Shown here: one piece after another, positions 38,901 through 51,601 of the stretch
How the letters are laid out: the number at the start of each line of letters is the position of its first letter
Position numbering within the stretch: position 1 is the first letter of the stretch
Assembly (NCBI RefSeq): GCF_963921235.1
Contig: NC_086097.1
Coordinates: forward strand, 74,588,001 to 74,652,000
DNA length: 64,000 nt
Direction: 5' to 3'
Origin: Mobula hypostoma
Lineage: Eukaryota
Made by a program: the position numbers and the translations under genes
Notes under the pieces: generated by a model
What the model was told of the DNA's origin: nothing
The model's input: only the letters and a program-made list of their open reading frames with translations
Database searches by the model: none

Positions 38901-40578
38901 TCAGGCAGTTCCTACCTTTGTTCCTAAGACGTTTTTTGATAGAATAAATTCTATAATCTTATCTTATATTTGGAATAATGAAAATCCTAGATTGAGTAAA
39001 ACTTTATTACAGAAATTAAGAAAGAATGGTGGTATGGCATTGCCAAATTTTAAAATGTATTATTGGGCAATTAATATTCGATATATTACTTTTTGGACTC
39101 ATTACTCAGACATAAATGAATGTCCTTCATGGTTGGATTTGGAGGAAAACTCGGTGAAGGGGTTCTTTTTGGCCTCTTTACTGGGAGCTCCTCTTCCTTT
39201 TTTGTTCTCTAAGATTAGTAGACAAGACTTTAATCCTATTAATAAACACACTTTAAGAATTTGGTTTCAGTTTTGTAGATTTTTTGAGTTAAATAATTTT
39301 GTTCTTTCTAGTAACATCCATTTTAATTATTTTTTTAAACCATCAATTTTGGATACGACCTTTTTAATTTGGAAAACCAAGGGAATAACAACTTTTTCAG
39401 ATTTGTTTTTGCGGGACTGTTTAATGTCTTTTTCTCAGTGAATAAATATGGTTTACCTAATGTATATTTCTTCAGATATTTACAAATTAGGAATTTTTGA
39501 CGTGGTTTGCTGCCAAATTACCCTTCTGCTTATCCACCTAATATGACAGATGCTCTTTTTCAGCTTAAACCACTTCAAAAAGGGTTGATAGCTATAATTT
39601 ATAAACGGATATTGAACTTACGAATGATATCTAACGATAAAATTAAATGTGCTTGGGAATTGGAAGTTCAAGAGTCATTTTCAGATAGTCAATAGAGTGA
39701 AATTCTTCATTTGGTTAATAACTCATCTATTTGTGCCCGTCATTCCTTGATACAGTTCAAGGTAGTGCGTCGGGCACATATGTCAAAGGATAAACTAGCA
39801 CGTATTTTTTCCAACATCAATCCTATTTGTGACAGATGTAATAATGAAGTGGCCACTTTAACTCATGTGTTTTGGTCTTGTATAAAGCTAGACAATTTTT
39901 AGAGAGATGTTTTTAAAACATTATCAAAAGTCTTGGATCTGGACCTACAACCTAATTTACTTCCAGCAATATTTGGGATTACCCCATCAAAACCAGGAAA
40001 TATTCCTGTTTCTGCTCAACGTATGATAGCCTTTTTAACTTTATTGGCTAGGAGAGCCATCTTACTGAAGTGGAAGGATTCTAATCCACCTACTGTCTTT
40101 TATTGGCTTTCCTCCATTAAGTCCTGTTTAAGTTTAGAGAAAATAAGTCGGACATTTGATACATCCTTTAAATTTGAGCAAATCTGGCGACCTTTTGTTC
40201 AATATTTTCATTTGATGTGATTTATTACTCTAACAATTTTTTTTGAAGTTTTAGATTTGATCAGAAAGTCTTTCTTTTTTTTGGTCGTATCCTCAGAATG
40301 GACTGCCCAGTCCCCCTTTTTTTTTGTATAGTGTAGTGGGTTTTTTTTTTCTTCATTTAAAATTCAGAGTTTTTTCTTTCCTCTTCATGAACTGATAAGA
40401 GGAGAATTAGCTGTTTTCTTTTTTATTGTATATTACATACTAGTTTAACACTATGTTTGATTTTGATAATGTCTATTTCAATCTCTGTATTGTTATTGAT
40501 ATATATTTGAGATAATTCTCCTCTTGTTTGTATTTATGTTCCTTCCAAATCAATCAATAAAAAGATTAATAAAGAAAG
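35925..40578 (+). mobile_element. 5'-truncated L1-clade LINE ORF2, nested in CR1
   Basis: Perfect 13-bp TSD taaaagaatccta (35912-35924, 40579-40591). Motifs SLDAEKAFDRVEW, RQGCPLS, LYADDLL, CDRCNNEVATLTHVFWSC; tail aataaaaagatt. Same family as 7369-9425. Confidence 0.93.
36074..37752 (+). mobile_element. Internally deleted Tigger/pogo DNA transposon, nested in L1
   Basis: Termini CAGGTGTCCCC / GGGGAAACCTG flanked by TA. N-terminal MSSKVSAKPKRARKGVTHSIKLDVIKRFDRGE (from 36334) is followed by acidic C-terminal EDNVEEVLASHDQELIDEELMQL. The L1 frame QILNI|PKIS rejoins across the insertion. Confidence 0.92.
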
Positions 40579-41470
40579 TAAAAGAATCCTAAAGTAAGAG
40601 TGATCATAATACGATTGAATTCGCCCTGATTTGGAGAAGGAGAAGCTAAAATCAAATGTATCAGTATTACAGTAGAGTAAAGGAAATTACAGAGGTATGA
40701 GAGTTACAGTAATTGGAAAAGGAACACTGGCAGGGATGATAGCAGAGCAGCAATGGCTGGAATTTCTGGAAGTAATTTGGCTGACACAGGATATACGTAT
40801 ATCCCACAGAGGAGGAAGTATTCCAAAGGCAAGATGACATGAGCATGGCTAACAAGAGAAGTCAAAGTCAACATAAAAACCAAAGGGAGAGCATATAATA
40901 GAGCAAAATTTAGTGGGAAGTTAGAGGATAAGGAAGCTTTTAAAAACCAATAGAAGGCAATTTTAAAAAAGTCATCAAGAAGGTAAAGGTGGAATATGAA
41001 AGTAAGCTAGCCAATAATATTAAACGAGATACCAAAAGTTTCTTCAGATACATAAAAGTGTAAAAGAGAGGCGGGAGTGGATATTGGACTGCTGGAAAAT
41101 GATGCTGGAGTGGTAGTAATGAGGAACAAAAAATGGTGGACGAACTAAAAAAGTACTTTGCATCAGCCTTCACCATGGAAGACACTAGCAGGAAGTGGAA
41201 GTTCCAGGTGTCAGGGGCCGTGAAGTGTGTGAAGTTACCATTACTTGAGAGAAGGTTTTTGGAAAACTGAAACGTCTGAAGATAGATAAGTCACCTGGAC
41301 GGGATGGTGTATAACCCAGAGTTCTGAAAGATGTGGCTGGAGAGATTGTTGAGGCATTAGTAATGATCTTTCAAAATCACTAGATTCTGGAATGGTTCCA
41401 GAATACTGGAAAATTGCAAATATCAGTCCATTCTTCAAGAAGGGACAGAGGCAGAAGAAAGGAAATTATA

Positions 41471-41824
41471 TTAAGGGATTGGACACACTAGAGGTAGGAA
41501 GCATGTTCCCGCTGATGGGTGAGTCCAGAACCAGAGGGCACAGTTTAAGAATAAGGGGTAGGCCATTTAGAACGGAGTTGAGGAAAAACTTTTTCACCCA
41601 GAGAGTGGTGGATATATGGAATGCTCTGCCCCAGAAGGCTGTGGAGGCCAAGTCTCTGGCTGCTTTCAAGAAAGAGATGGATAGAGCTCTTAAAGACAGT
41701 GGAATCAAAGGTTATGGGGATAAGGCAGGAACTGGATACTGATTGTGGATGATCAGCCATGATCACAGTGAATGGCGGTGCTGGCTCGAAGGGCCGAATG
41801 GCCTACTCCTGCACCTATTGTCTA
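41471..41824 (+). mobile_element. Short CR1 3' fragment inserted in the RT region of the host CR1
   Basis: Host ggaaattata|ggccagttagtc (GNYRPVS) is interrupted by KGLDTLE...TRGHSLRI...FFTQRVVDIWNALP and a 3' UTR. Confidence 0.85.
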
Positions 41825-44136
41825 TATAGGCCAGTTAGTCTCTCTGACCTCAGTGGTGGTAGATGTTGGAGACAATTGTTAAGGATGTGGTTTTGTGGTA
41901 CTTGGAGGCATCATGATAAAATAGGCCATAGCCAGCATGGTTTCTTTAAGGGAAAATCTTGCCTGACAAATCTGTTGGAATTCTTTGAAGAGATAACAAA
42001 CAGGATAGACAAAGGAGAATCAGTTGATGTTGTGTATTTGGATTTTCAGAAGGCCTTTGACAAAGTGCCACATATGAGGCTGTTTAACAAGCAATGAGCC
42101 CATGGTATTACAGGAAAGATTCTAGCATGGCTCGTTGGCTGGAGGCAAAGAGCAGGAATAAAGGGTGCATTTTCTGGCTGATTGCTGGTGATTTCTGGTG
42201 TTACACAGAGGGCTGTGTGAGGACTGATTCTTTTTGAGTTATATGCCAATGATTTAATTGATGGAATTGATGGCTTTGTTCTAAAGTTTGCAGACGATAC
42301 AAAGATAGGTGGGAGGTCAGGTAGTTTTGAGGACATGGAGAGGCTACAGTAGGACTTAGATTAGGAGAATGGGCAAAGGAGTGGCATATGAAATGTATAG
42401 TGTCTGTACACTTTGGTACAAGAAATGAAAAGGTTGACTATTTTCTAAATGGAGAGAAAATACAAAAATCTGAGGCACAAGGGGACGGGAGAATTCTTGT
42501 GCAGGGTTCCCTAAAAGTTAATTTGCAGATTAAGGCCGTGGTGAGGAATGCAAATGTGATGCTAGTATTCATTTCAAGAGGTTTAGAATGTTGAGATTCT
42601 GTAAAACACTGGTCAGGCCTCACTTTGAGCATTATGAACAGTTTTGGGTCCCTTGCCTTAGAAAGGATGTGCTGAAATGGGTTCAGAAGAGGTTAACAAA
42701 AATAATTCCAGGATTAAGCGGCTTGTCCTATGAAGAGCATTTGATGGCTCTTGCCTGTATTCCCTAGAATTCAGAAGAATGAGTGGTGACATAATTGAGA
42801 CCTATTGAATGGTGAAAGGCCTTGGTACAGTGGATGTGGAAAGATGTTTCCTAATTTGTGAGAGTCAAAGACCAGATGGCACAGCCTCAGAATACAGGGA
42901 CGACCTTCTAGAATGGAGGAATTTCTTTAGCCAACGAGTAGTGAATTTGTGGAATTCTTTGCCGCAGGAAACTGTAGAGGCCAAGTCTTTATGTATATTT
43001 AAGGCAAAGGTTGATGGGTTTTGATTGGTCAGGGGGTGGGGGGAGGCAGGAGATTGGGGCAGAGAGAAAAATTGATTAGCCCTGATGGAATGGTGGAAAT
43101 GGTGGGCCAAGTAGCCTAATTCTGCTCCTGTATCTTATGGTCTTTTGGTCTTGGAATGAAATGTCCCACATTTCACATCAGAATTGTCGTAACTTGAATG
43201 GAGATAATATTTATGTTTATTGATTAGTTGAAAAAAGTACCTGGTTGTATATAATTCTAGTCTTAATGTGCAAATTGTGGCAAAATAATTAAAATTAATT
43301 TATTTAAAACTTTAGGAAAGAATGAAATCCACTACTGAACAAGAATCTATTTGTTGATGATACAATTTAGCAGCCAGTCAATTGGGTTTGAATGTTTATG
43401 TTAATCCAATCTGTTAGATCCTTTCGATTAATCTTATTCAAAATATTCATCCGTTTCTATCTCTATATCAGTATGTTGTCTACTTGCAGTGAATTTGGTT
43501 TACTATGCAAATAATCTGAAGCTAGAATCTCCCCCTCCCCCATTTAATTTCTGTCCCTCTGCCTTGGAACTGCAGACGCCCATTCTTTTGTGTATTTTTG
43601 TGTGTCACCTCACTACCAAAATTTTCCTGTAAATTGCTCCTATGCAAGCCCCTCCCATTTCTAATTGATGCTTAATTCACTTTTTCCACTCAAGATGCTG
43701 CTTAACATTGTTCAGGCAGATATGGTTATCCTAATGCATTTTATTCTGTAAAGCTTTTCTGAAAAGATCATTTTCAGACAATTGTGATCACTGAATGATG
43801 GACAAAACAACAGCTTTCTAACAGCTTGGGGACAGCAGTTAGTAAATTTATTGTACCATGGAGATTCAGGCAATGCATTCCATCTAGATACCCAACTAAC
43901 CAATATTTAAATTATTATTTTTTAGCATATTGCTAGACTTGTTAAGAATACTGTGATAGCATAATGCTGCACTCATTATTTCTGGGAACTTCACTGAGTA
44001 GCTGAACTAAAGTATGAACATTTTCAATCTGTGTAAATCTCTTACCTGTTCATTTACAACCAAGATTGAGACTTCACTTCTGCTTAGGACATAATGTATT
44101 AAAAAATATATAAAATGAGTGTTTTCTTATACAGTA

Positions 44137-45464
44137 TAGTAAATTCCGGTTAATTGGGTCACATCCGGACCAGTATTATTTGGCCCAATTAACCCAACTG
44201 CCCCAATTATCTGAAGTTTCATGGAAATAGTTAAACAGGTAGAAAAGAAAGACTAACTATAATTTAACTGAGTAACAAATTATGTATTTAAGTAAAATAC
44301 GGAACAAATTAGAACACTACCAATATTACTGCAGTACCTAAAAAAAAACAGTGCATTAGTTTGTAATGGTTACTGACGGAGGAATTCATTTAGCGTACGC
44401 TGGCACAGTTTACTTGGTAAACTATCCATTCTTAGCCCCTTAAAGCATTGAGGTTTAACACTTTTCCCAATAACCAACAATTTCATTTTATTAGATCATG
44501 ACATATTTGAACAAAACAACAGTTAATGTGATCCATTGCTTTCTTTGAACCTGGTAGTATTGTATAAAGTAAAGTATAAAGTATTGTTTGTGTTGTCGCA
44601 AAAGGAACTATCCAGCATAGCTCAATAAAAAAGGCCTGTTTCATTAACATTGTAGATAAATTCTGCATGAATTTTTGAAGCAAATTTGGGAGTTTTGTAG
44701 ATTTCTATGCTTCTCCCCTTCAGCATCAGCGTTACCTTTCTGGCCATCTGCATTCTTGAATTTAATGTGGTGTCTACATTTCCATTGAGACAACCAACCA
44801 TCTGCTGCTTTAAAACCTTCTTGACACAGCTTCTTAGCTTGCTCATTTGGCTTTTTTTTTACATTGATCCACTAGCACACACGCCTCATCCAGTTACAAT
44901 GGAAATCCATTGATTGAGGGTCTCTTAAATCTGGATCCTTGCCTTCATGCTTTTGTTTTTGGGAAGTTTCTTGTTGATCTCACGTAATGCCCATTCTTCT
45001 TGCAGATGTATCAAGTGTGGAATTGTAGATTTCAGCATTCCGGTTATCTCTGTCAGCTGACAATGTGTAGTGTTAGGTGGAAGCCTTTTTAATTTGGTCC
45101 AGTAGGATGATTTTTTTCAACTAGTGTCAAATCTTTTTGTGGCAAGGGTCTCAAAATACTTTTCAAGTTTAAAAAAAATTATCCAAGGTCTCTGCTTTTT
45201 GAATTGGTGTCTGCTGGCACAAGTATATAACGGAACTCAAACACACACAACTACTCACTCTAAGCCCGGTGTAGTGTCTAATGGACACACAAGTGCACGT
45301 GACTAGCCAGCTCCTACCCCAATAAAACTGCATTAAAACTGCATAATGTCCCAAATAAACAAAGTGGATCCCAGCTATTTTCTCAATTTTGTTTTTGTTC
45401 TTTAAGAGTTGTACCAAATAAGTGGCTGCCCTAATTAACTGGCACAATTAACTGGAATCCACTG
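44137..45464 (-). mobile_element. Degenerate Tigger/pogo DNA transposon
   Basis: Imperfect terminal inverted repeats tagtaaattccggttaattg / caattaactggaatccactg with TA flanks. Transposase remnants FKAADGWLSQWKCRHHI and IYNVNETGLFY on the minus strand. Confidence 0.82.
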
Positions 45465-48400
45465 TATGTAGATTGACTTTCTTGCTTTGTCAATTATACC
45501 CCTAGACTTAAAAACACTTTCTATTAATGAGTATTAATTTAAACATGAATATATTTATAGATATTTGTTAATTCTATGTCCGCCTGGTTTAGTAGAAAAT
45601 AGAAGAGAATTCCACTTCCTGATGTTGCAGAGACACATTATATAACCTATGTATCTTTCATGAAAAGGCTTCCTGGAATGCAGTCACCCTATCATGAAAG
45701 TAATGGGCTGGTTCCATGAGAATATGTAAAATATTCCCTTTTCTACCTTTGTCTCCGTTAAGCCAAGCCTCTACTCCGGTTTAAGCTAAGTTTTTACTTC
45801 CAAGTATACATGGAACAAAAACAGCTAATGCCCAATGGAATGCATCAATGACATTGAGACTGTAATGAAGCCTCTTGTGTTCTACACAGAATAGTTTGGA
45901 AACTTTCATTGGGAAAAAATAGTATGAGAGGAAAGTTGTTCTATATGACAAATTCACCAATGCCAAAGTTTGCTTATAATATTTTTGTTTGCCCCAATGT
46001 ACTAGACTGCTGAATTGCTGAATGATCTTTTACCATTACACGCTATATTGAATGTATGTTTACAACTCTTATTTATACCCCATAGGAGCTTCCTCCTGTT
46101 TTTTCATCTAACCTCCATCAGAGTCTGTTTCTCATTCATGCTAATTCAGCAATGCAGCTCTGCAGTTCAGCACAACTGCTTCTTGCGGTAGACAATTACT
46201 CATTCTCATAAGGAAAGGTGTTTCTCTTGAATTAAGTAAGCAATCCATTAAGACCGAATATTGTTTTATTTCCCTTCCCAGCATTTAATCTCCTTAACTG
46301 CCTTTCAAAATGTATCGGTGAACTACTTTCTTGTACTGCTTTTGTTCTTCTCGCTATTTTCTGGCAAAGATAGTCCCACAGTGTTATTGAGTAGGGAGTT
46401 GATGGATTTAGATTAGTTGTCAATGACAAATGACATATATTTCCAAGTCAGAATGGTGTGTAACCTATTGGGAGCTAGCAGTTGATGATATTCCTAATTA
46501 TTTGCTTTTCTGAATCATTTTTGATGATAGGGTCACAGATCAGGGTGGTGTTGCTGGTAGTAGTTCAGGTGAGTAACTGTTGTGTATTTTGTAGATGACA
46601 CACATAGCAACAATGATGTGCTGCTGATAAGTAAATAGTGATATTTTTAAGGTACCAATTAAGAGGGCTGCTTTTCTCGGGGTGGTGTTAAGCTTTAGTG
46701 TTGAAGCTTTATAAGACTTCTTTTGAAGTCTTTGAAGTATTTTGAGCAGTTATGGACCCCAGGAAGGATGTGTTAGCATTGGAGCGTGTCCAGAGGAGGT
46801 GAGCAAGAATGATCCTGGGAATGAAGGGCTATGAGGAATGTTTGATGGGTATACTCTAGGCAAATAGTCTGTGTTCTATCACACCTCTGACACCTTGTAG
46901 CAATGGTAGTTTTGGAATGTGGGAAACCATCACTTACCACAGGGTGCCCAACTCCTGACCAACTGTTGCAGACACAGTATCGATACAGGTTGTTCAATTG
47001 AAGTGCAGGTCCGTGATGATCATTGGGTATTGACTGTGGGCTAAAGCCATTGACTATAAAGGTTTTCTCTTGCTGATTGTTGCTTGGCAACTTTGCCACC
47101 CTTCTGAATAACAGTTGCCACCTATTGATCCATGCCGTCATGATGACTAGATCTTTCTAAGTGTAGACATTTGCTGAGGAGTTGCAAATTTAATCCAGTC
47201 TTACACATTGAATTCACTTCTGACATGACGGAAGAGATCCATTTATGCGACTGAAGATGGGCAGACTAAGGATATTGCCCAGAGAAACTCCTACTTTAGT
47301 GATTGACTTTCAGCATTCATAACCAATTTCTGAAGATGAAAAAGATGCCAAAATGTAGAACAAAAATCAGAATGCTGTAAGAACTCAGTGGGTGAAGCAG
47401 CATTTACGTAAGCAAGAAGTGTAAAAATATTTTGCATTGAGACGTTGCATCAGGAAAGAGGGAATGGGAAAGGTAGCCAGCATGCAACGAAATAAAGTTG
47501 AAGGGTAGAATAAAAGGACAGGTGACCGGAGACCACTGGGCTGTGAGTACTGAAACTAGAAAATACAGTGTTCAGACAATTTGATTGTAAGCTAGGCAAG
47601 TGAAATATGAGGTGTTGTTAAGAAAGGCCGTCCTGGTGGGATGGACGAGTATAAAGTCTGGGGATTCATGCGTATAGATGAGCTGGTTGGCATCAGGGAA
47701 CTGGAAGATCTCAAAATGCTGAGAAATATGAGAATCATTCTGGAGGTAAGTGAGAAGGGACTGGACAAGGCGAGATAGAATATAGCCCGGATATGAAAAA
47801 AATGAATTCAGTCGGCAAGAGCAGACAGAAACAATAAGTCTATCGGGGCACCACTGTTTGAGGATTCTGGGTAAACAGACATTTTAGGTTGGGACTCTAT
47901 AAGGTTGGAGGCTGTGAATGTGAGATCTTGATCTTTCCTGATTGGTAACATCTGGGAGATAATGGCCTGGGTTTCCATGATAGGCTCATGGTCCAGAGCA
48001 CGTGACCTGTTGTTCATTGGTAGGATCATGGTCCAGATGAAGGTATGAAGAGGTGCTAGAAAACTGACATCTGGCCATTGCAAAGTTAAGTGGTACTGGT
48101 AAAGTGAATATTGAGTAATAGTGTATGGATCATTAGAGAGTAAGTGCTGCTTGATTTGCTGTTTAATATATGTACCTTTCATTTTTTGGTGACGATTGGG
48201 AGAGTAACTGCGAGAAGTAATAAGTAAGATTAGATATGTCTTGTTTTAGTGAACAGGACATACTTGTCCAATTTTTCCACAATGTTAGGTAAATGCGAAT
48301 AATGCAACTGTAATAGAACAGCTTGAGTTAAGATGTGGTTCATTCTGAAAACAAGTTTCAAGTGTTATAGCCAAGATATTTACTGATTCCATAACTTATG

Positions 48401-49564
48401 TTGCTGTATTCATTATTCTCAGTATTTTCTTGATATAACTGTGAAACAAGTTGGCTGAAAATTGGCTTCTGTAGCGATGGGGATCTCAGGAGGATGCTAT
48501 TGTGCATCAACCAGTCAGAACTTCTGACTGAACATGATGAAGAATGCTTCTGTCTTTTCTCTAACATTCAAATACATTGCCTAACAGGAGTGTGAAAGAA
48601 TAGATGTTCTTTTATTTTGGTAACATGATTTCTGCAGAAGCATGGAAAGTGAGACAGGTTCTCACAGGTAGGGGTAGGAGTGAAATATTGTCTTGATGTT
48701 TGATTGCTGCTGTTAGTTAATAATAAGTGTAAGCGAATTATAATTATCAGTAAATCATAGATAATTGGAGTTTTCAAATTTGCCAATATGCTTATTTTGA
48801 AAACTATGAGGAAAGACACTGTCCTGAGAACTCTTGTTTACCAATTGTTTTACGAATTACAATGTTGGTGCTCAGAAGGAAGAAAAATAAATTAAAGTTC
48901 AAGCAATGTTGTTACATGAATAAATAAATCAGTTGGAGAAAATCTATTGTTATCTATCATCAGGAAAAGATTGAGTATAATCAAGGATCAAAAGTCGACT
49001 CGGGTTTTGTGAAAGGTAGATCATATATAACTATAATGATGTAGTCCTTTACTAGAAGCATTGAGGTGGTGGATGGATGGGGATCAATGAATTTTGCTAA
49101 TTTTTGATATTTCATCGGACCCACAAAAGAGATGATAACGTGAATAGATAATTGGTTTGCAGATACGAGGCAGAGAGTTGTACTAATACATGTATATTCA
49201 TGTTTTTGAAATCATTGATGTGATATTTTCTGAAAATGTTGCAGTGACATCAATTGATAACTAATGCCAGCTTTGAAAATATGGAAGCAAAAAAATAGTC
49301 TGAGGTTTCTGAATTATGTAAGGAAATTTGCAAGGTTGATGAGAAGTATCTCTTCTGGGAAGACATCCCAAAGCAAAGCACTTATGATTAGGTAAGTGAT
49401 CTATGCCATATCCAGGAAAAATCTTTCAAGTGAATGTAGAATATGTGTCCATCACATGTAAATTTATTTGAGACGTCCAAAGGAAAGTAGAATTTCAGAT
49501 TTTTAAAAAAGGGGAGCTAGTATGCAAATAAAGAACTGATATTAAAAGACAGGGTTGCATGGCT

Positions 49565-49885
49565 AATGCAATATCAGAAGAGCTGATAGAGCTACTGCTT
49601 CACAGCCCCAGCAACCTGGGTTCAATCCTCATTTTCAGTTTGAATGGAGTTTCAATGTTTTCTCCTATTGCTGTGGTTTCCTTGCACTTTACAAAAATGT
49701 GTGGGTTGATAAGTGAATTGGCCAATGTAAATTACCCCTAATTTTGTAGGTGGTTAGAATCCAGAGAGGGCAGGGGTTTCAGGGAGTTGGAGTTGATGGA
49801 AATGTGTGACAAATAAAATGGCATAGGTAGGTTTAGTATAAAATTGGGTGCACCAAGGTTGAAGTTATCTTAATGGATCAAAGGC
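49565..49885 (+). mobile_element. V-SINE/HE1-like tRNA SINE, degenerate
   Basis: ctgcttcacagccccagcaacctgggttcaatcc (B box), tggagttt...ggtttcc core, attggccaatgtaaattacccct. Confidence 0.7.
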
Positions 49886-50559
49886 TGTGTGACTGAACAT
49901 AGCCAAAATTCTCCAACTTCTACAATGGACATGCCTTTAAGAATAATCTTCTAAAAGTGATTTAGAGAATGTGAAGTCAAAATCTGTCGTACAATTAGTC
50001 TCTTTTGGTTTTGACAAGCAGTAGGCAGCCAAGCATTCTTTACACAGTTCTGTTTTTACGTCTTTTCACAAGAACAGAAATTATTGTGAATATTATTGTC
50101 CACAACAAGCTAATACTGAAGCTTTTTCCAGCTATACATCCTAATTTGGTTTAATTTTGTCTTTAATTTTAAAGTTCAGTTGAATATTTGTGCTGAAGAG
50201 ATTGGCATCCTTTTGCAAGTTTTGCCTCATGTTGTCAATTTTAAGTATTCACAAATCAAGTATTATAGCCAATTACCATGAGGACCTTCATTATTCTCCC
50301 CAGAAGTATCATTCAGCTTTAAAGTGTCAAATAATTTTGTGTTCAACATCAGTATGAGAAAGCTACAGGCTCACACCAAGCTGAAGATGTAGACTGAAAT
50401 ATCTCAAATTTATTTTGCGTGAGCCAGAACAAATGTGTATTAACTGACTTCAGTTGATCAGAGATAATTTGAGTCATTGCAACAGCCTAATGACCCCTTG
50501 GACTATACGAAATGGCGTATCTGATGGGAAAGCTAGGAAAAACAGGACATTTTATTTAA

Positions 50560-51050
50560 GGCCCTCCATTGGTCAGGATCGCCCATGGATGTTGTGTCTT
50601 AGCTCTCTGCGTCGAAGTTGAAATGCAAGCCAGGGCAGTACGATATGGAGAGCAAGCAGTACTCATGCAGCATCCTCCCCCTTTCCACGCAGCTGAAGAA
50701 TCCAAAGGAACGGCAGAGACTGATACAGTTTGACACCAACAGCATCAGAGGAGTGGCCAGTCAGCGTTGAACTTAGGGACTCCACCACTAGATGTTTACT
50801 CCCAAAGCCTTCCCCGTGAGTGGGTATAGCCGCAAGGCAGCATAGGTTTGAGATCAAAGTTTTCCCTCTAGATGAGCTGTCAACTCTGCTGGATGAGCCT
50901 GATCTGCCTGAAGCGACTGGTTTTAAATCCTAAGGTGCTAGTAACTCACCTTTGTGAAGACTAGGAGCAGAACTTGGTGTCAGAAGCTATTTGAGTAGCA
51001 CACCATAGGGAGCATTTAATAGGCAGTGGGAGCTTCTCCCCAGTACACCG
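50560..51050 (-). mobile_element. RTE-related non-autonomous retroposon
   Basis: Shares ccacgcagctgaagaatccaaaggaacggcagagactgatacagtt and gaggtttgagatca-like blocks with 27100-27460. Confidence 0.6.
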
Positions 51051-51601
51051 CCCTCCCACCCCGTTCCCACTTAGGAACTGTATAGCATATGACTAGAAAT
51101 TGATTAATATTGTGAATTTAGAAGTTAAATCTCTGCATAATCATTTCTAAATAGGAATAGAGACAAACAGTTTGAATTTACTGACTTGTGTAGATTATAG
51201 TTCCTCCTTCCACTTGAATTATCAGCTGAAAATAGTTGAAGTAGTCATAGACTTTTTATTGTATATAATTATCTCTGCAATTAGTGTCTAAGCCAAAGGA
51301 ACAACTTGTAATGATATTGAAATTGAGAGATCTTGATAAAAATTGCGAGAGAATGTAATGGGTGGCATATGAGCTGGTGATCGAAGAAACACTTCATACT
51401 TGAGGTTAAGATTTGGGATGTAAATCTGCAGGAGTGGGGACATTGGCTTCCACAGGAGCTGTTAATTGTAGCAATAGTGGGAAAAGAAAGAGAGTGTGGG
51501 GACCAATTTGCCCTTTTGAATATGTGCCTGCATTGTGACCAGCCTAATGATGGCAATTCATTGCATTAGATACTATGAATGTGTGCTACATTAGCAAAAT
51601 T

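Larger units (their letters stand above)
34600..43150 (+). mobile_element. Near full-length degenerate CR1 LINE hosting nested insertions
   Basis: ORF1 esterase-like VCLLPGARIEDV...VLVHIGTDDIGR, endonuclease LKVLYLNVRSIRNKIDEL, RT SQHGFFKGKSCLTNLLEFFEE...VYLDFQKAFDKVPH and KFADDTK; 3' end tcttatggtctt. Confidence 0.9.

Noticed and set aside
46440..48200. Further LINE or Penelope-like remnants (also 11850-12480, 13290-13719, 18420-18960, 31420-32150, 48960-49550)
   Set aside because: They look repeat-derived but are too decayed to classify or delimit reliably by eye.
48358..48567. IFSQLVSQLYQ as CDIN1 exon 2
   Set aside because: Wrong strand and only superficial similarity.
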